53,612 nt of DNA from an uncultured Verrucomicrobiota bacterium (GCA_964371005.1 CAYJNU010000001.1:27104-80715), one strand, 5' to 3'; counted from the stretch's first letter, positions 32,995 through 42,386 are shown. Numbers and translations: made by a program. Notes: generated from the letters alone by a model not told the origin.

Positions 32995-35519
32995 GCGCAC
33001 ACGCAACAAACCGCTTTGCCGCCGCCCGGCGACAGGGTGTAGAGAACGATCTTCCGGCAACGCTGAACGGGCACACCTGGCAACACAAGTTCGCCGTGCA
33101 CCAGTCCCACCGCCACGTAGAAACCGAACGCGGAGGCGGAATGATGCTCGCCAGAACACTGTTTGTAGGCCGCCGCCGGCATCGCATGACCAGCCAGCTT
33201 GGAGAGCGCACCGGCCACCGTCTGATATGCCTCATCGCCCAAACGGGGGACCTGACCGCCGTAGAACCGACTTGGAGTCTGCCGTATCGCAGAATTGCAT
33301 TCTGCAGAAGGCCCGCGAGTGTCTGAAGCGCTGGAAGTCCCGAAGCCTTGCCGATTACAAATCGGCGATACGGCAGATTCAGAATCTGCGCTCCCTTTCT
33401 CGCCGTTGGCGCCCGTCAGCAACAGATCCACTTCTCCCAAGCGAACACCGGCAGCCGTCAGCGCTTCTGCAATCCAGCGCGCCTCAGCGGCGGCGTCAAA
33501 CGTTGGTTCAGTGAGCTGCCCCAACCGGATTGCGGAAACCCAGGCCAGCGGATGAGCAGCGTGTTCGGGACGCGCCAGCGCAAACATGGCGCAGCCTTCA
33601 CCCGGCAACGCCCGCTGGCGACCTTGCGGCGCGGAAGCAAAGGGTCGCACCGCAGGCGTTTGTTCGTTCCACCATCCCCACCGTCTTCCCGCGGCCAGAT
33701 GATGCGGATTCAACTCGTCCCCGGCTCCGACCAGCGCCGCGTCTGCCCGACCCGCGGCGATTTCGCGCGCGCCCTGCCAAAGTGCAGATTCAAAGCAGAT
33801 GCCACGCTGAACCGAAGTCGAATTCAATCCGCGCAGTTCCAGTTCAATGGCGATTTGCGAGGCGAGGCCGTTGTGAACCGAGTTCGTGAAGAAGAGGGGA
33901 CGCGGCGCACGCTCGTCCTTCGCAATCAGGTTCTCGACGAAGGCCGCCGTGTCGTTCAAAGAACCGAGTCCTGTTCCGACGGCCACGCAGATACGGTCAG
34001 GCGGCACGCCCGGCAGTGCGTCCGCAGGCAGGCACTGCTTGGCTGCCACAAGCGCCATTTGTTGAAGCCGGTTCAGCTTCCGCCGTTTCGCAGAATCGAG
34101 CGCCTGTTCGGCGCCAAAATCGCCGCAGGCATAAACGGGAATCGCGCCCCGTCCCGGGGCAAGCCAGGTTTCGGCGACCGACAACTTCGCACCGCCGCGT
34201 TCTACAGCCTCGCGTATTGCCGCGGTCGAGTTACCCGCCGCGCTTACCGCTGCGGCGCCGATGATCGCCAGGCGCGCAAGCGGCCCGGCGTTCTCCTCCA
34301 CCATGATGACGGCCGGCGCAGCATCGGCGCGGGAGAAAACGAGGGCGACGTTGTTCCCGCCGAAGCCGAAGGAGTTGCTCAAGATGTGGCGAACCGGAAG
34401 TCCTCCAAACTCGCGCACCGGCTCGAACCCGACTTTCGGATCGGATTGCTCGAACCCCAGGCTCGCGGGCACGGCCTGTTGCCGCAATGCCTCGACGCAG
34501 AGCACGGCCTTGATCGCTCCACTCGCCGCCAGGGTGTGGCCGAAGAAGCGCATCATCGAGCCGACCGGTGGCAGCGCGTCACCGAACAGTCGTCTCAAAG
34601 CACGCGCCTCTGTGGCGTCGTTGTCCGGCGTGCCGGTGCCGTGGGCACTGACGTAGCCGACGTCGCCCACCGTCCTTCCAGCGCTGTGCAGCGCGGCCTG
34701 CATGGCGGCGAGCGCGCCGCGGCCTTCCGGATGCGGCGCCGTGGCATGCCAAGCGTCGCAACTCGCGCCCCAGCCTTCAAGTCGCGCCAGGATTTGCGCG
34801 CCGCGCACGCGGGCGGATTCCTCGGATTCCAGCACCAGCATGCCGGCGCCTTCGCCGAGACTGATGCCGGTGCGCCGCGCGTCGAAGGGTCGGCAACCAT
34901 TCGGGTCGAGAAGTAGCAGTGAGCCGAAGCCGTTCAGCGTGAGGCGGCAAAGCGAGTCGCCGCCGCCAACCAACGCGAAGTCAGCTTCGCCACTTTCGAT
35001 CAGGTCCGCGCCCATGGCCAAAGCCATTGCCCCCGCAGCACAGGCGGCGGACACGGTGGTGCAGACCCCTTTGGCGCCAATCTGGCGAGCGCACAATTCA
35101 GCGGCGCCGGCGCACTCATGAAACCGCAGCGGGCCAAAGCGGGAGCGATGTTCTCGCAGCAGCGTGGAGAGGACCTGTTCAGTGCTTGGCATTCCGCCCA
35201 CGGTGCTGCCAATGACCACGGCCATGCGGTCTGGCGATAGCGGGTGGGGCACTTGGTTGAATCCAGCCGCGGTCAGTGCTTCCCGGGCGGCGATCCAGAC
35301 CAGTTTGTCCGATCGCGAGCCGCGGACGTTGCCGGCCAGCGCGTTCACATCTTCGCGAACCTCGCCGACGAGGTGTTGCCCAAACCGGGGCGAGGGAAAG
35401 CGGGTGAGCGAACCGAGGCCGGATCGGCCGGCACGGAGGGATTGCCAAACCTGCGGAACGCCACAGCCCGCCGCACAGATGACGCCCGTGCCAGTGATGA
35501 CTGGGCGCCGCCGGGTCAT
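32991..35519 (-). CDS. Fused beta-ketoacyl synthase plus chain-length-factor-like domain (KS-CLF, 842 aa)
   Basis: The N-terminal half has 'VSAACAAGAMAL' (active Cys), 'SAHGTGTPDNDATE' and 'GHTLAASG' (His/His). The C-terminal half is KS-like but has 'SVQRGICFESAL' where the Cys block should be, and lacks the His pair. Confidence 0.85.
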   Translation of the reverse strand: MTRRRPVITGTGVICAAGCGVPQVWQSLRAGRSGLGSLTRFPSPRFGQHLVGEVREDVNALAGNVRGSRSDKLVWIAAREALTAAGFNQVPHPLSPDRMAVVIGSTVGGMPSTEQVLSTLLREHRSRFGPLRFHECAGAAELCARQIGAKGVCTTVSAACAAGAMALAMGADLIESGEADFALVGGGDSLCRLTLNGFGSLLLLDPNGCRPFDARRTGISLGEGAGMLVLESEESARVRGAQILARLEGWGASCDAWHATAPHPEGRGALAAMQAALHSAGRTVGDVGYVSAHGTGTPDNDATEARALRRLFGDALPPVGSMMRFFGHTLAASGAIKAVLCVEALRQQAVPASLGFEQSDPKVGFEPVREFGGLPVRHILSNSFGFGGNNVALVFSRADAAPAVIMVEENAGPLARLAIIGAAAVSAAGNSTAAIREAVERGGAKLSVAETWLAPGRGAIPVYACGDFGAEQALDSAKRRKLNRLQQMALVAAKQCLPADALPGVPPDRICVAVGTGLGSLNDTAAFVENLIAKDERAPRPLFFTNSVHNGLASQIAIELELRGLNSTSVQRGICFESALWQGAREIAAGRADAALVGAGDELNPHHLAAGRRWGWWNEQTPAVRPFASAPQGRQRALPGEGCAMFALARPEHAAHPLAWVSAIRLGQLTEPTFDAAAEARWIAEALTAAGVRLGEVDLLLTGANGEKGSADSESAVSPICNRQGFGTSSASDTRGPSAECNSAIRQTPSRFYGGQVPRLGDEAYQTVAGALSKLAGHAMPAAAYKQCSGEHHSASAFGFYVAVGLVHGELVLPGVPVQRCRKIVLYTLSPGGGKAVCCVCA
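33279..33390. repeat. Composite palindromic element embedded in frame in the CLF-like domain
   Basis: A 13-bp inverted repeat TCTGCCGTATCGC (33279-33291) / GCGATACGGCAGA (33366-33378). There are also three perfect 7-bp/3-nt-loop hairpins at 33290-33306, 33351-33367 and 33374-33390. GC content is locally lower. Confidence 0.7.
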
Positions 35520-35773
35520 GACTTGCGGTTGGCGGCGACGAACTCCGCCAAGGCGGTGACCGACGCGAACGCCTTGTCGGCGACCTGCCGCTCCTGGATG
35601 ATGATGCCGTAGTCCTGATCCAGTAGCGCCACCAACTCCAGCGCGTCAATCGAGTCCAGCCCCAAGCCGGTACCGAACAGTGGTTCGTCGGCCTTGATGT
35701 CGGCGGGCTTCACGCTGTCGAGGTTCAACGCGGAGATGATCTTGGCTTTGAGTTCTTCAATCAGGCTTTCCAT
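35516..35773 (-). CDS. Acyl carrier protein
   Basis: 'LFGTGLGLDSIDALELVALLDQDYG' contains the DSI/DSL serine motif. It is 85 aa, with an ATGA overlap with the downstream KS-CLF. Confidence 0.9.
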   Translation of the reverse strand: MESLIEELKAKIISALNLDSVKPADIKADEPLFGTGLGLDSIDALELVALLDQDYGIIIQERQVADKAFASVTALAEFVAANRKS

Positions 35774-35800
35774 AAACGGCGCGGCAAGGGTAACGGTGGC

Positions 35801-37873
35801 TTAAGGGTAAGCAAGCGTGTTTCGCTCGCGACACAGTCTCAAGCTCTGCACAGCGACGGAAGCCGCAGTGAGCGCGTGCTCGCGCGGCTTGCCAGCACGC
35901 CGCCCCAGCAAAAGCGCCGCGCCATGCCAATCGCCGGGCGGCAGCATCTCAGGCGCAAATCCGGTGTCGGCAAGCTGGCGCGGGACGGCTTCACAACTGA
36001 GGCACACGACCAGATCGGCGGCGCCAGTTTGAAGCCAGTCCGTCGCTGTAGCAATCGCAGCGTGGTTGCCCGCCCGCGAGGTCAACAGACACAGCCCCGG
36101 CCCTTGAAGCCGATGCCGAATGCAAACCGCGCCGATCACCGTGCTCGGAAGCGTGTAGGTAAACAGGCTCGGACGCGGCGTTCGGAGGAATTGCACGTCG
36201 GTGGCGAGCGAACCGGCGCTCGTTTCGACGCAAATACTCACGCGCTCGCGTTCCCCCGCCTCGCGGGTTTCAAAACCGGCGTCCAGCAACTCCACGACGA
36301 TCAGCCCCAACCGACACATTAAATCCATGCGCCCGAACCGTGAGGCATCGCCGGTGAAGAGCAGCGACCAATGCACAGCGTCCAGCTCACCGCGCTGAAA
36401 CGGCCCGGCCACTTCCGGCGGCCACGGACGCACGCCGGCGAGATCGTTGCCGTGGCCTTCGGGACCGATGTAGCTGGCGGCGAGAATCGCGAACTCCGTG
36501 GGCAAGGCGCCAGCCTGGGTAACATGGTTCGCGGGAACCGTTCGTTGCGGTAGGCCCGCACAAGAATCTGATTGGAGCGCGGCCGTCTCAGCCGCGGCCG
36601 TTTCGCAGGCGGAGGGGACTGGATCGAGTTCGGAAGCGGCGGGCGTTTTGGAGTGGCTGCGGCTGGGACAGCCGCGTGCCGAGCAATGTTCCAACACAAC
36701 CGCCGCGTTTGTCCCGGCAAAACCGCAGTTGACCTTCAGGATGCGGTGCAAGCCTGCGACCGATTGTGGCTCGCGCAGCAGACTCGACGGGGCAACCGGA
36801 TCTGGCTCGCCGAGCCGCGGGGTGCCGGGCAGCGTTTGCTTTTCCACCGCGAGCAAACACAGGATCGTTTCCAGCAAACCCGCCGCGCCGAGCGTATGGC
36901 CCAACATGCCTTTGCTGGAGCTGAACGGCGGGACGGCGTCGCCGAACACCCGGACGAGAGCGAGCGCTTCCATGTTGTCGTTATAGGCCGTGCCGGTGCC
37001 GTGGGCGTTGACATAGCCAATGTCGGCGGGTCTCAAGCCAGCCTTGGCGAGTGTACGGGAGATGGCCAGGGCCAGCCCGGCGCCATCGCGTGACGGGCCC
37101 GTGAGGTGGTTCGCGTCGTTGCTGGAGCCCCAGCCAGTCAGGAAAGCCCTTGCAGTCGGAGCCAAATCCCGCCGCGCCAAGACGACGGTGGCTGCGCCCT
37201 CGCCCAGGCTTAGGCCCACACGCGCCTTGTCGAAGGGCCGGCAACCGTCCGGGTCGAGCGACTTGAGCGACGTGAAGCCAGCCAGCACGAAATGTGAGAT
37301 CACATCCACACCCGTGACAAACACAACATCTGCCTCACCGTTGCCGATGAACGCCGCGCCCTGCTGGAGCGCAAGCAGACCGGAGACACAGGCAGCGGAG
37401 ACGCACTGGACCGGGCCACGAATGTCGAGCGCTGTTGCCAAATCCGCTGCCAAGAGCGCCGGCTGCAAATGTCGCTTCGCCGCCTCGGAGCAAGGCTGCC
37501 CTCGAACCAGACGCTCCAAGGCCTCGATGTCGCCCTTGGTCGTGGAAAGCACGAGCGCCCGGCGTCCCGGCGGAATCCCCGGGGTCGCCGGGTCAAGGAG
37601 CGCTTGCCGCATAGCCGCCGTCGCGAACAGATACGCGCGAGCATCGGCCTGCGCCGGATTCGTCGCCTGCAATTGCCCGACGATCTCCTCCGGCACACAG
37701 CCACACACCATGGCCTGGTAACCCTTGCCTTCAAACCGGGCGCACAGCCGCAAGCCCGAGCCATTGGACTCGATGGCTTTGACCAGCGGGGCGAGCCCCA
37801 AACCGAGCGCGCTGATCGCGCCGCAGCCGGTTATCGCAACAGCGTGGTCGGGGATTTCCAAAGCGTTGCCCAT
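35801..37873 (-). CDS. Beta-ketoacyl synthase with a C-terminal partial KS/CLF-like extension (690 aa)
   Basis: 'VSAACVSGLLAL' (Cys), 'NAHGTGTAYNDNME' and 'GHTLGAAG' (His/His) are present. About 270 extra C-terminal residues resemble a thiolase-fold N-subdomain without catalytic residues. Confidence 0.85.
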   Translation of the reverse strand: MGNALEIPDHAVAITGCGAISALGLGLAPLVKAIESNGSGLRLCARFEGKGYQAMVCGCVPEEIVGQLQATNPAQADARAYLFATAAMRQALLDPATPGIPPGRRALVLSTTKGDIEALERLVRGQPCSEAAKRHLQPALLAADLATALDIRGPVQCVSAACVSGLLALQQGAAFIGNGEADVVFVTGVDVISHFVLAGFTSLKSLDPDGCRPFDKARVGLSLGEGAATVVLARRDLAPTARAFLTGWGSSNDANHLTGPSRDGAGLALAISRTLAKAGLRPADIGYVNAHGTGTAYNDNMEALALVRVFGDAVPPFSSSKGMLGHTLGAAGLLETILCLLAVEKQTLPGTPRLGEPDPVAPSSLLREPQSVAGLHRILKVNCGFAGTNAAVVLEHCSARGCPSRSHSKTPAASELDPVPSACETAAAETAALQSDSCAGLPQRTVPANHVTQAGALPTEFAILAASYIGPEGHGNDLAGVRPWPPEVAGPFQRGELDAVHWSLLFTGDASRFGRMDLMCRLGLIVVELLDAGFETREAGERERVSICVETSAGSLATDVQFLRTPRPSLFTYTLPSTVIGAVCIRHRLQGPGLCLLTSRAGNHAAIATATDWLQTGAADLVVCLSCEAVPRQLADTGFAPEMLPPGDWHGAALLLGRRAGKPREHALTAASVAVQSLRLCRERNTLAYP

Positions 37874-38337
37874 GCGTTAAGGCGTTCGATCATGAATGGC
37901 GGCCAGGTGAGTATCAATTCACCGTCCGGCTTGGTGAAGACTTGCACGGTTCTGCCGGTCGCCAGCAAGGTCGGCTCGCCTTCACGGTGAATCTCGTAGG
38001 TAAACTCCAACCGCGCCGCGTCGGATTGCCACAAACGTGCCGTCACCTCCAGCACGTCCGCCATGCGCGCCGGCACAAGGTAATCTACCTGAAGCTGCAC
38101 GACCGGCGCGGCGGTGTTGTTCTCGAAGAACACCGGGTAATCGAGTCCATACCGGCGGCCCCAAGCGCGGCGGGCTTCCTCGAAGAAGTTCGCGTAGTGC
38201 CCATGCCAGACGATGCGCAACGCATCCACCTCGTTGAAACGCACGCGGACGGTGGTCCGCTCTTCCAGATACGGACGCGCGGCATGGGACGGCTGGGCGA
38301 GCGTGGGACGGCGGCGTGGAGCGTCGGGCGGTTTCAT
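37831..38337 (-). CDS. Hotdog-fold thioesterase (4HBT family)
   Basis: 'VRVRFNEVDALRIVWHGHYANFFEEARRAWGRRYG' is the 4HBT catalytic Asp block. ATGA overlap with the upstream acyltransferase gene. Confidence 0.75.
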   Translation of the reverse strand: MKPPDAPRRRPTLAQPSHAARPYLEERTTVRVRFNEVDALRIVWHGHYANFFEEARRAWGRRYGLDYPVFFENNTAAPVVQLQVDYLVPARMADVLEVTARLWQSDAARLEFTYEIHREGEPTLLATGRTVQVFTKPDGELILTWPPFMIERLNAWATLWKSPTTLLR

Positions 38338-39371
38338 GTGGGTTCATCCCAGAAAGGATAGAGGTTGAGCCATTGAAAAGGATACTGCCGGGCAACGGTT
38401 TCGAGACGCTGCACGAACTGAGCGACGTACGGACGTAGCGCTTCCACCGGCTGCCGCAGGACTTCGCGGGCAATGAACTGCGGCGGAAACGAGAAGAACC
38501 GGTATTCGCCCACCCGCTCGCGCACCGCGAACACTTGGAACAATGGCGCGCCGCTGGCAGCGGCCAGCTTGTAGGCGCCGACTGGAAACCGCGCCGAATG
38601 GCCGAAAAACGGCACGGCCAAATCTTCACCGCCGAACGAGCGGTCACCGTGCAGGAGAATGATTTCGCCGCGTTTCAGTGCGGCAAGAATTGGGATGCTG
38701 CGGAGCGGATGATCGTCGGTGGTCAGCAACCGAAATTGTTTTGCCTGCAACGCGTGGTCGAACAACTGCCGAATCCGCGCCTCCTCCTTTTCCACGACGA
38801 CCATGTTCACCGGTTTCCCGTGCCGGCCCAGCAAATGGCCGCCCATTTCCCAACCGCCGAGATGCGCGCCGAGGAGGATGATGCCACGACCTTGATCGAG
38901 GAATTCCCGGAACATCGTCTCGCCTTCGTAGCGACAATCCATCCGCGTGCGGCCCATGATCAGCGCGAGCCGATCCAGCAGTGTCACACCATACGCGTAG
39001 AAGTGGCGATAGACGAGCCCGAGGCGTTTCCACAACGGCTGCGGTCCAAGGGCGCGGCTCAGGAACTGCACCGAACTGCGCCGGGCAAGCGGGCTGGCGA
39101 CGAGGAAGTAAGCCGCCACTGGCGTCAGCCACGCGTAGGCCGCGCGCAACCCGAACAGGCGAATCAACTGCACGAACCACCAGTTGCCGAAGTAGCCGCC
39201 CCGCGTGCGTCCGGACCAGCGAACGGACGGGAGCGCGGCTGTCCCGGCCGCAGCGAGTTGCCCGGGTTGGCAGGCGGGTGATGCCTCGGGCGTGGGTGTA
39301 CCCGCGGACGATGCTGCAGTTGGGACAGCCTCGCTCCGGCGGGTCGGGGCAGCTCGGCTCGCTTCCATCAC
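38334..39371 (-). CDS. LpxL/HtrB-type lysophospholipid (lipid A biosynthesis-like) acyltransferase
   Basis: 'ILLGAHLGGWEMGG' (HX4E block of LABLAT-type acyltransferases), with size and TM-containing N-terminus as in that family. ATGA overlap with the ammonia-lyase stop supports the 39371 start. Confidence 0.7.
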   Translation of the reverse strand: MMEASRAAPTRRSEAVPTAASSAGTPTPEASPACQPGQLAAAGTAALPSVRWSGRTRGGYFGNWWFVQLIRLFGLRAAYAWLTPVAAYFLVASPLARRSSVQFLSRALGPQPLWKRLGLVYRHFYAYGVTLLDRLALIMGRTRMDCRYEGETMFREFLDQGRGIILLGAHLGGWEMGGHLLGRHGKPVNMVVVEKEEARIRQLFDHALQAKQFRLLTTDDHPLRSIPILAALKRGEIILLHGDRSFGGEDLAVPFFGHSARFPVGAYKLAAASGAPLFQVFAVRERVGEYRFFSFPPQFIAREVLRQPVEALRPYVAQFVQRLETVARQYPFQWLNLYPFWDEPT

Positions 39372-40936
39372 GGCGCGGCGGGTCGGGACGGCAGCAGCGT
39401 GCGTTGCGCATCGTCCGTTTGCAGCAGGGCGGTCACGCGCGCGATGTCCTCAAACAGCGGTCGGTCGTTCCCAAGCTTCTCCGAAACGCTGCGCACCAGC
39501 CGATGCACCTCGCGAAAATGCTCACCCATCACATCGCCGCCGCGCAGATCAGCAGCCTGCACGAGCGCCAGGGCTTGAATGCCAAGTAGCTTCCAAACCT
39601 TGCCCACCAGGTCGCGCGTCAGCCGTGCCGATATTGTGCCCATGCTGACCACGTCCTGATTGTTGGCGTTGGTCGGAATGGTCTGTACCGACGCAGGCGC
39701 GCTGAGCATGCGGCATTCGGCGGCGAGCGACGTGGCCAGAAGCTGCACGCCCATGAAACCGGAGTTCAGCCCGGAATCGCCGCCCGAGAGCAACGGCGGC
39801 AGGCCCAAGCTGTAGCGCCAATTCACCAGCCGCTCCAGTTGGCGTTCCGCCAGCAACGCGGTTTTCGCCAGGCCAAGGCGGAGGTAATCGCAAACCATCG
39901 CGATTTGCTGGCCATAAAAATTCCCGCAATGAATCACCGATTCGGTGTCCGGGAAGACGAGCGGATTATCGGTGGAGGCGTTCAATTCTCGGGTGATGAC
40001 GGCCTCAATGTGCCAGAGCGCCTCCTGAATTGCGCCCAGCACCTGCGGCGCGCAACGCACGGAATACGGGTCTTGAATCTCGACTCCCGGCTCGACGGGC
40101 TTCGCGTACGAACCCCACTGATGTTCGTCGATCTCGCGGCAGAATTTGGGGTGCGTGCGCAGGTGTTGGGCGATGCGATCCGCAACCGCGGATTGACCGC
40201 GGAAACCGCGAGCCTTGTGGACCTGTTCGCACAGCACTTCCGGCGACGCCCAAAGCGCCTGAAACAGGCAAGCCGTGAGCAATTCCATCCAACTCAAGAC
40301 CGCGGCCGCCTCGTGCGCGGCCAGGGCGGCCAGGGCCGCCATCACGGATGTGCCATTGACGAGCGCGAGACCTTCCTTGCACTGGAGCACCACCGGCCTG
40401 AGGCCATGCTTCGCCAGCGCCTCGGTAGCAGGCAACCGCTCGTCACCGACGCGCGCGTGCCCCAAACCCACCAACAGGCGCGACATGTGCGCCAGCGGGG
40501 CAAGGTCGCCGCTCGCGCCGACCGAACCTTCGCAAGGAATCTCGGGCAGGATGTCACTGTTCAACGCTGCGATGAGCAAGTCCACAACCTCAGGACGAAT
40601 ACCGGAGAATCCTCGCGCCAGCGCGTTGGCCCGCGCGGCCATGATGGCGCGGGTCTCGACGGCAGAGAAGAGCGGGCCTTGTCCGACGGAAAGATGGTGC
40701 AGCAGATTAACCTGGTGTTGGGCCAGGTCCTGGGGCGAGACGCGCGTGCCGCTGAGGGGACCGAAACCGGTGTTGATGCCATAAACCGCGCGCGGCTGGG
40801 CAGCAATGCTCTCGACGAGCGCGCGGCTGCGCGCCATCAACTCGCGGGCGGGAGCGGTCAGCGTACAGGGGTCATTCCGGTGGGCAACCTGCCACAGACG
40901 CGGAATGTTCAATTGGTGTCCGTTCAGCTCGGTCAT
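39368..40936 (-). CDS. MIO-dependent aromatic amino acid ammonia-lyase (HAL/PAL/TAL family; His-Leu selectivity pair suggests tyrosine ammonia-lyase)
   Basis: 'GSVGASGDLAPLAH' holds the Ala-Ser-Gly MIO triad (A141-S142-G143). 'YGINTGFG' is present. In 'QVNLLHHLSVGQG', His81-Leu82 sit at the substrate-switch position. Confidence 0.9.
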   Translation of the reverse strand: MTELNGHQLNIPRLWQVAHRNDPCTLTAPARELMARSRALVESIAAQPRAVYGINTGFGPLSGTRVSPQDLAQHQVNLLHHLSVGQGPLFSAVETRAIMAARANALARGFSGIRPEVVDLLIAALNSDILPEIPCEGSVGASGDLAPLAHMSRLLVGLGHARVGDERLPATEALAKHGLRPVVLQCKEGLALVNGTSVMAALAALAAHEAAAVLSWMELLTACLFQALWASPEVLCEQVHKARGFRGQSAVADRIAQHLRTHPKFCREIDEHQWGSYAKPVEPGVEIQDPYSVRCAPQVLGAIQEALWHIEAVITRELNASTDNPLVFPDTESVIHCGNFYGQQIAMVCDYLRLGLAKTALLAERQLERLVNWRYSLGLPPLLSGGDSGLNSGFMGVQLLATSLAAECRMLSAPASVQTIPTNANNQDVVSMGTISARLTRDLVGKVWKLLGIQALALVQAADLRGGDVMGEHFREVHRLVRSVSEKLGNDRPLFEDIARVTALLQTDDAQRTLLPSRPAAP

Positions 40937-41077
40937 GATTTACTTCAAGCAACCCGGTGAGGTCTGAGCGCGTCGCGCTGCTACGCACTTGCCCAACGCT
41001 CGGTTCGTGAACGATGTGGAGGCTAGCCTTCGTGGTATGGGGTATGCAAACGAATGTTGTGCCTTCAGCCCACGATT

Positions 41078-42385
41078 TCAGGCTTTCAAACCGCTTCCAG
41101 CCGTCACAAACCACTGCCGCCATTCGGCACGGGAGATTTTACCACGCGCGTTGGTCGCCAGCTCCGGCACGAAGCGCCATTCGCGCGGCACGCACCACTC
41201 GGGCAGGCGTGCGAGCAGGAAGCTGCGCAACGTTTCCCGCCCGACTCCAGCCTCCGCCGCCAAGCACGCGACAATAACTTCTGCACGTGGCGCGTCAGGG
41301 CTGGGCACGCCAAAGACGACGCATTCCCGCACGCCGGGATGCGTGCGTAGCGCCTGCTCAATGGTTTCAGGCAGCACCTTGCGCCCGGCGACATTGATCT
41401 GGTCTCCTGCGCGCCCGCGGAGCAGAACCCGGCCCTCGCTCAGTTCGGCGAGGTCGCTCGTTTCAAACCGGCCGTTTCCCAACGCCGGGTCCGGCTCGGG
41501 CCAGTAGGTTTCACCCGCTGCCCCGCTCTGCACGGTGAGACAGCCGGTTTCATTGAGTGCAAGCCTTACGTTGCACATCGGCGCGCCAACAAAGGCATCA
41601 TCCTCGCGCGGATTGAAACTTGCGTCATAGGCGATGCCGCCGCACTCCGTTGCACCGTAGAAATTGTGAACCTTGAGTCCGCACGCGCGGAACAGTGTCT
41701 GTTCCAGCCCTGGGGACAGGGGGGCGCCGGCCGAAATGGCGAGGCGGACATTCGGCGGCACGGCAACAACCTCGTGCCACGCACGCCACAACGCCGGCAC
41801 GGCGGGCAGCGTAAGCGCCGGATGGCTGGCCGCGGCCTGCCGCATCGCTTCGGGCAGCGGTGAAGGCGCGAGGATCAGCGGAATGCCGTGAAGCAACAGC
41901 GGCAGAACAAGGTTGGAAAAGCCGTACGAATGCGCGAGCGAAATCACCCCGAGATTTGGCCAATCCGGTCGAAGGCCCATCGTGGCGACGATGTTGGTGG
42001 CATCGGCCGCGAGCTGTGAAGCGGTAAACGCCACCACCCGCGGCGTCCCGGTGCTGGCGGAGGTGGTCTTGAGATGAACACAAGGCGCGGGCGGCGTGGG
42101 CAGGGCGGGCGCCGTTTGACCAGGTTCAAGCGGCCACACCACGCGCCGGGTCCTCCAGCCGCGGAGCACTTCAAAGATGAATTCCGGGACGTGCCCTTGC
42201 GGATGCACGAATCGTTCGCCCGGCGATGGCAAACGCTCGGCTTCGCCGGCGAGTTCCCGGAATGACCATATTCGTCCGGAAGCCAGGTCGCTCAAGGCTC
42301 GGGCATCGGCATGGTCGCGAACGATTTGCTGCCAGCGTGCGTACAACATTGTTTGCGCTTGTGAAGTCGTTAGTATCCGCGCCAA
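41078..42385 (-). CDS. AMP-dependent synthetase/ligase (aryl/acyl-CoA or -ACP ligase, short form)
   Basis: 'LKTTSASTGTPRVV' (P-loop-like AMP-binding motif I), 'FYGATECGG' and 'FETSDLAEL...LLRGRAGDQINVAGRKV' (motifs of the adenylate-forming superfamily). Confidence 0.85.
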   Translation of the reverse strand: MARILTTSQAQTMLYARWQQIVRDHADARALSDLASGRIWSFRELAGEAERLPSPGERFVHPQGHVPEFIFEVLRGWRTRRVVWPLEPGQTAPALPTPPAPCVHLKTTSASTGTPRVVAFTASQLAADATNIVATMGLRPDWPNLGVISLAHSYGFSNLVLPLLLHGIPLILAPSPLPEAMRQAAASHPALTLPAVPALWRAWHEVVAVPPNVRLAISAGAPLSPGLEQTLFRACGLKVHNFYGATECGGIAYDASFNPREDDAFVGAPMCNVRLALNETGCLTVQSGAAGETYWPEPDPALGNGRFETSDLAELSEGRVLLRGRAGDQINVAGRKVLPETIEQALRTHPGVRECVVFGVPSPDAPRAEVIVACLAAEAGVGRETLRSFLLARLPEWCVPREWRFVPELATNARGKISRAEWRQWFVTAGSGLKA

Positions 42386-42386
42386 C

